IMG/VR virus record: IMGVR_UViG_3300049205_000073
Location: 1 to 25,387 of that record
Reading direction: 5' to 3' (one strand)
DNA: 25,387 bases
From: a virus
Lineage: Duplodnaviria > Caudoviricetes
Position 1 is the stretch's first letter. Every line of letters begins with the position of its first letter. A program made the position numbers and the translations under genes. Positions 23,786 through 25,387 of the stretch are shown piece by piece. The notes under the pieces are model-generated. The model made no database searches and was not told the DNA's origin. It worked only from the letters and a program-made list of their open reading frames with translations.

Positions 23786-25387
23786 ATGATAAAGCTAGAA
23801 GACGCATCGATCGTCGACTTCGAAACGAAGGGCATAGCGTCGCGACCTGATTATCCGCCCGAGCCGGTAGGCTGTGCCGTTCAGTTGCCGGGACAGAAGC
23901 GCGAGTACCTTGCATGGGGACATCCAACAGGAAACAACACCGATGTGGGAACAGCTAGACGCAAACTTGTTCAAGCCTACCAAGCGCGGGCTACTGTCTT
24001 TCATCATAGCGCATTCGATCTTGACGTTGGTGCTGTGCACCTGGGGCTGCCCACGCCGCGCCGTGTGGAGGACACGCTTTACCTGTCGTTCCTTCACAAT
24101 CCGTATGAGCGTGACCTTGGGCTCAAGCCGCTGGGCGCGAAGTACCTTGACATTCAGCCTGATGCCCAGGACCGACTCAAAGAGTGGGTTCTTGCTAACG
24201 TTCCTGAAGCGAAGAAGAAGCCGTCGTCGTGGGGCGACCATATGTGGAAAGCTCCCGGTACCCTCATGGGTACGTACGCCAAGGACGATCTACGTATTAC
24301 GAGCGGCATCTACAAGAAGTTCGGACGCCATGTCCGTGATCGAAACATGGAGGAGGCTTACGAGCGCGAGCTTGAATGCACGCAAATATCAATGGACATG
24401 GAGCGTGGTGGAGTACGTGTCGATCGTAAACGGCTAGCCAAGTGCCGCGACGTGTTCCTTGAGATGGAGCACGACGTAGTGCGGCGCATCGCCAAGAAAC
24501 TGCGGGTCAACCCGAAGGACCTGAAGTCTGATTCGAACAAGAAAGGCTTCAACATCAACTCGGGCAAGCAGCTAGCCGACGCGCTCGTGCGTGCTGGGAA
24601 GCTCGATACGATTACCAAGACGAAGTCGGGCAAGCAGATCTCGACTAAGATGGCACACTTGGAAGAAGGGTGTAACGACAAGGAGCTCGTGCGGCTGCTG
24701 GGCATACGGTCGGTGACGCAGAAGTACATGACCAGCTTCATCGAGCCGTGGCTCGATAAGTCGCAGTATGGCGGGCGTATCCAACCGAACTTCAATCAGG
24801 TGCGCGGGTATGACGAAGGCGGCGGTGGCGCACGCAGCGGTCGCTTCAGCAGTAGCGACCCCAACTTGCAGAACGTGCCAGCCAACCCCGAAGAGTCGCA
24901 GAACAAGGACGTACTGATGGCGCTTGCGAAGACGCTGCAGGACGACTACAACTTCAAATTCTTGGGGCTGCGCGACTTCATCATCGCCGACGAGGGTCAG
25001 GTGATGATCTGCGTCGACTACAGCCAGCAGGAGCTGCGCATCCTTGCGCACTTCGAGCGTGGCGCGTTGATGCGTGCGTACTTGAAAGATCCCGAGCTGG
25101 ACATTCACGAGTACATCAGGCAACTGATTCTGCGCGAGACCGGGCTGGACTTTCCTCGCAAGCACATCAAGATCACGGTGTTCGGCATCATCTACGGCAT
25201 GGGCATTGGCAAGCTAGCTGATAGATTGGAGGTCGACAATCAGACGGCCAAGAGCATCAAGAACAGCTTGTTTAAGGTAGTGCCGGGAATTCCCAAGCTG
25301 ATGCGGCAGTTGGAAGACTTGGCCAATCATGACGAGCCGCTCAAGACCTGGGGCGGGCGCGAGTACTATTGCGAAGAGCCTAAGTAC
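23786..25387 (+). CDS. polA: DNA polymerase family A with 3'-5' exonuclease (partial, runs off the window; absent from the ORF track)
   Basis: Hand translation: MIKLEDASIVDFET (ExoI), YLAWGHPTGNN, FHHSAFD (ExoII), YAKDD (ExoIII), SGRFSSSDPNLQNVP, DYSQQELRILAHF (motif A), RKHIKITVFGIIYGMG (motif B). Confidence 0.95.
   Translation, partial: MIKLEDASIVDFETKGIASRPDYPPEPVGCAVQLPGQKREYLAWGHPTGNNTDVGTARRKLVQAYQARATVFHHSAFDLDVGAVHLGLPTPRRVEDTLYLSFLHNPYERDLGLKPLGAKYLDIQPDAQDRLKEWVLANVPEAKKKPSSWGDHMWKAPGTLMGTYAKDDLRITSGIYKKFGRHVRDRNMEEAYERELECTQISMDMERGGVRVDRKRLAKCRDVFLEMEHDVVRRIAKKLRVNPKDLKSDSNKKGFNINSGKQLADALVRAGKLDTITKTKSGKQISTKMAHLEEGCNDKELVRLLGIRSVTQKYMTSFIEPWLDKSQYGGRIQPNFNQVRGYDEGGGGARSGRFSSSDPNLQNVPANPEESQNKDVLMALAKTLQDDYNFKFLGLRDFIIADEGQVMICVDYSQQELRILAHFERGALMRAYLKDPELDIHEYIRQLILRETGLDFPRKHIKITVFGIIYGMGIGKLADRLEVDNQTAKSIKNSLFKVVPGIPKLMRQLEDLANHDEPLKTWGGREYYCEEPKY

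Noticed and set aside
23874-25165. ORFs listed in the track over the polymerase region
   Set aside because: Alternative frames of polA, which the track missed because it has no stop inside the window

Overview
The window is a fragment of a GC-rich tailed dsDNA bacteriophage genome. The host is probably a Gram-negative proteobacterium, inferred from the lipoboxes and a Gammaproteobacteria-style CsrA. It has two divergent arms. The minus-strand arm (12874 to 1) encodes packaging and head assembly: TerS, three small genes, TerL, a portal/Mu-gpF fusion, a Mu gpI-like protease with an internal scaffold start, a head decoration protein and the major capsid protein. Directly after these come a ~1015-aa GT4 + SAM-methyltransferase + GT2 triple fusion, a Ser/Thr-rich virion-like protein and a radical SAM enzyme, which together form a candidate virion-glycosylation/modification module. 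The plus-strand arm (from 13762) encodes a Toprim primase/SF3 helicase, a MoxR-type AAA+ ATPase with a VWA-like partner, ATP-dependent DNA ligase, CsrA, an SSB-like protein with a very long acidic tail, and a family A DNA polymerase that runs off the right edge. The least explained signals are three non-coding, hairpin-dense segments with G-U pairs (13499-13726, 16552-17066, 17537-17832). The first two start with GTGTT exactly 7 nt after matching TTGCAA-N18-CAYAAT promoters. The second contains a tandem RNA motif whose closing stems covary. All assignments come from motif reading by eye; no searches or folding programs were run.
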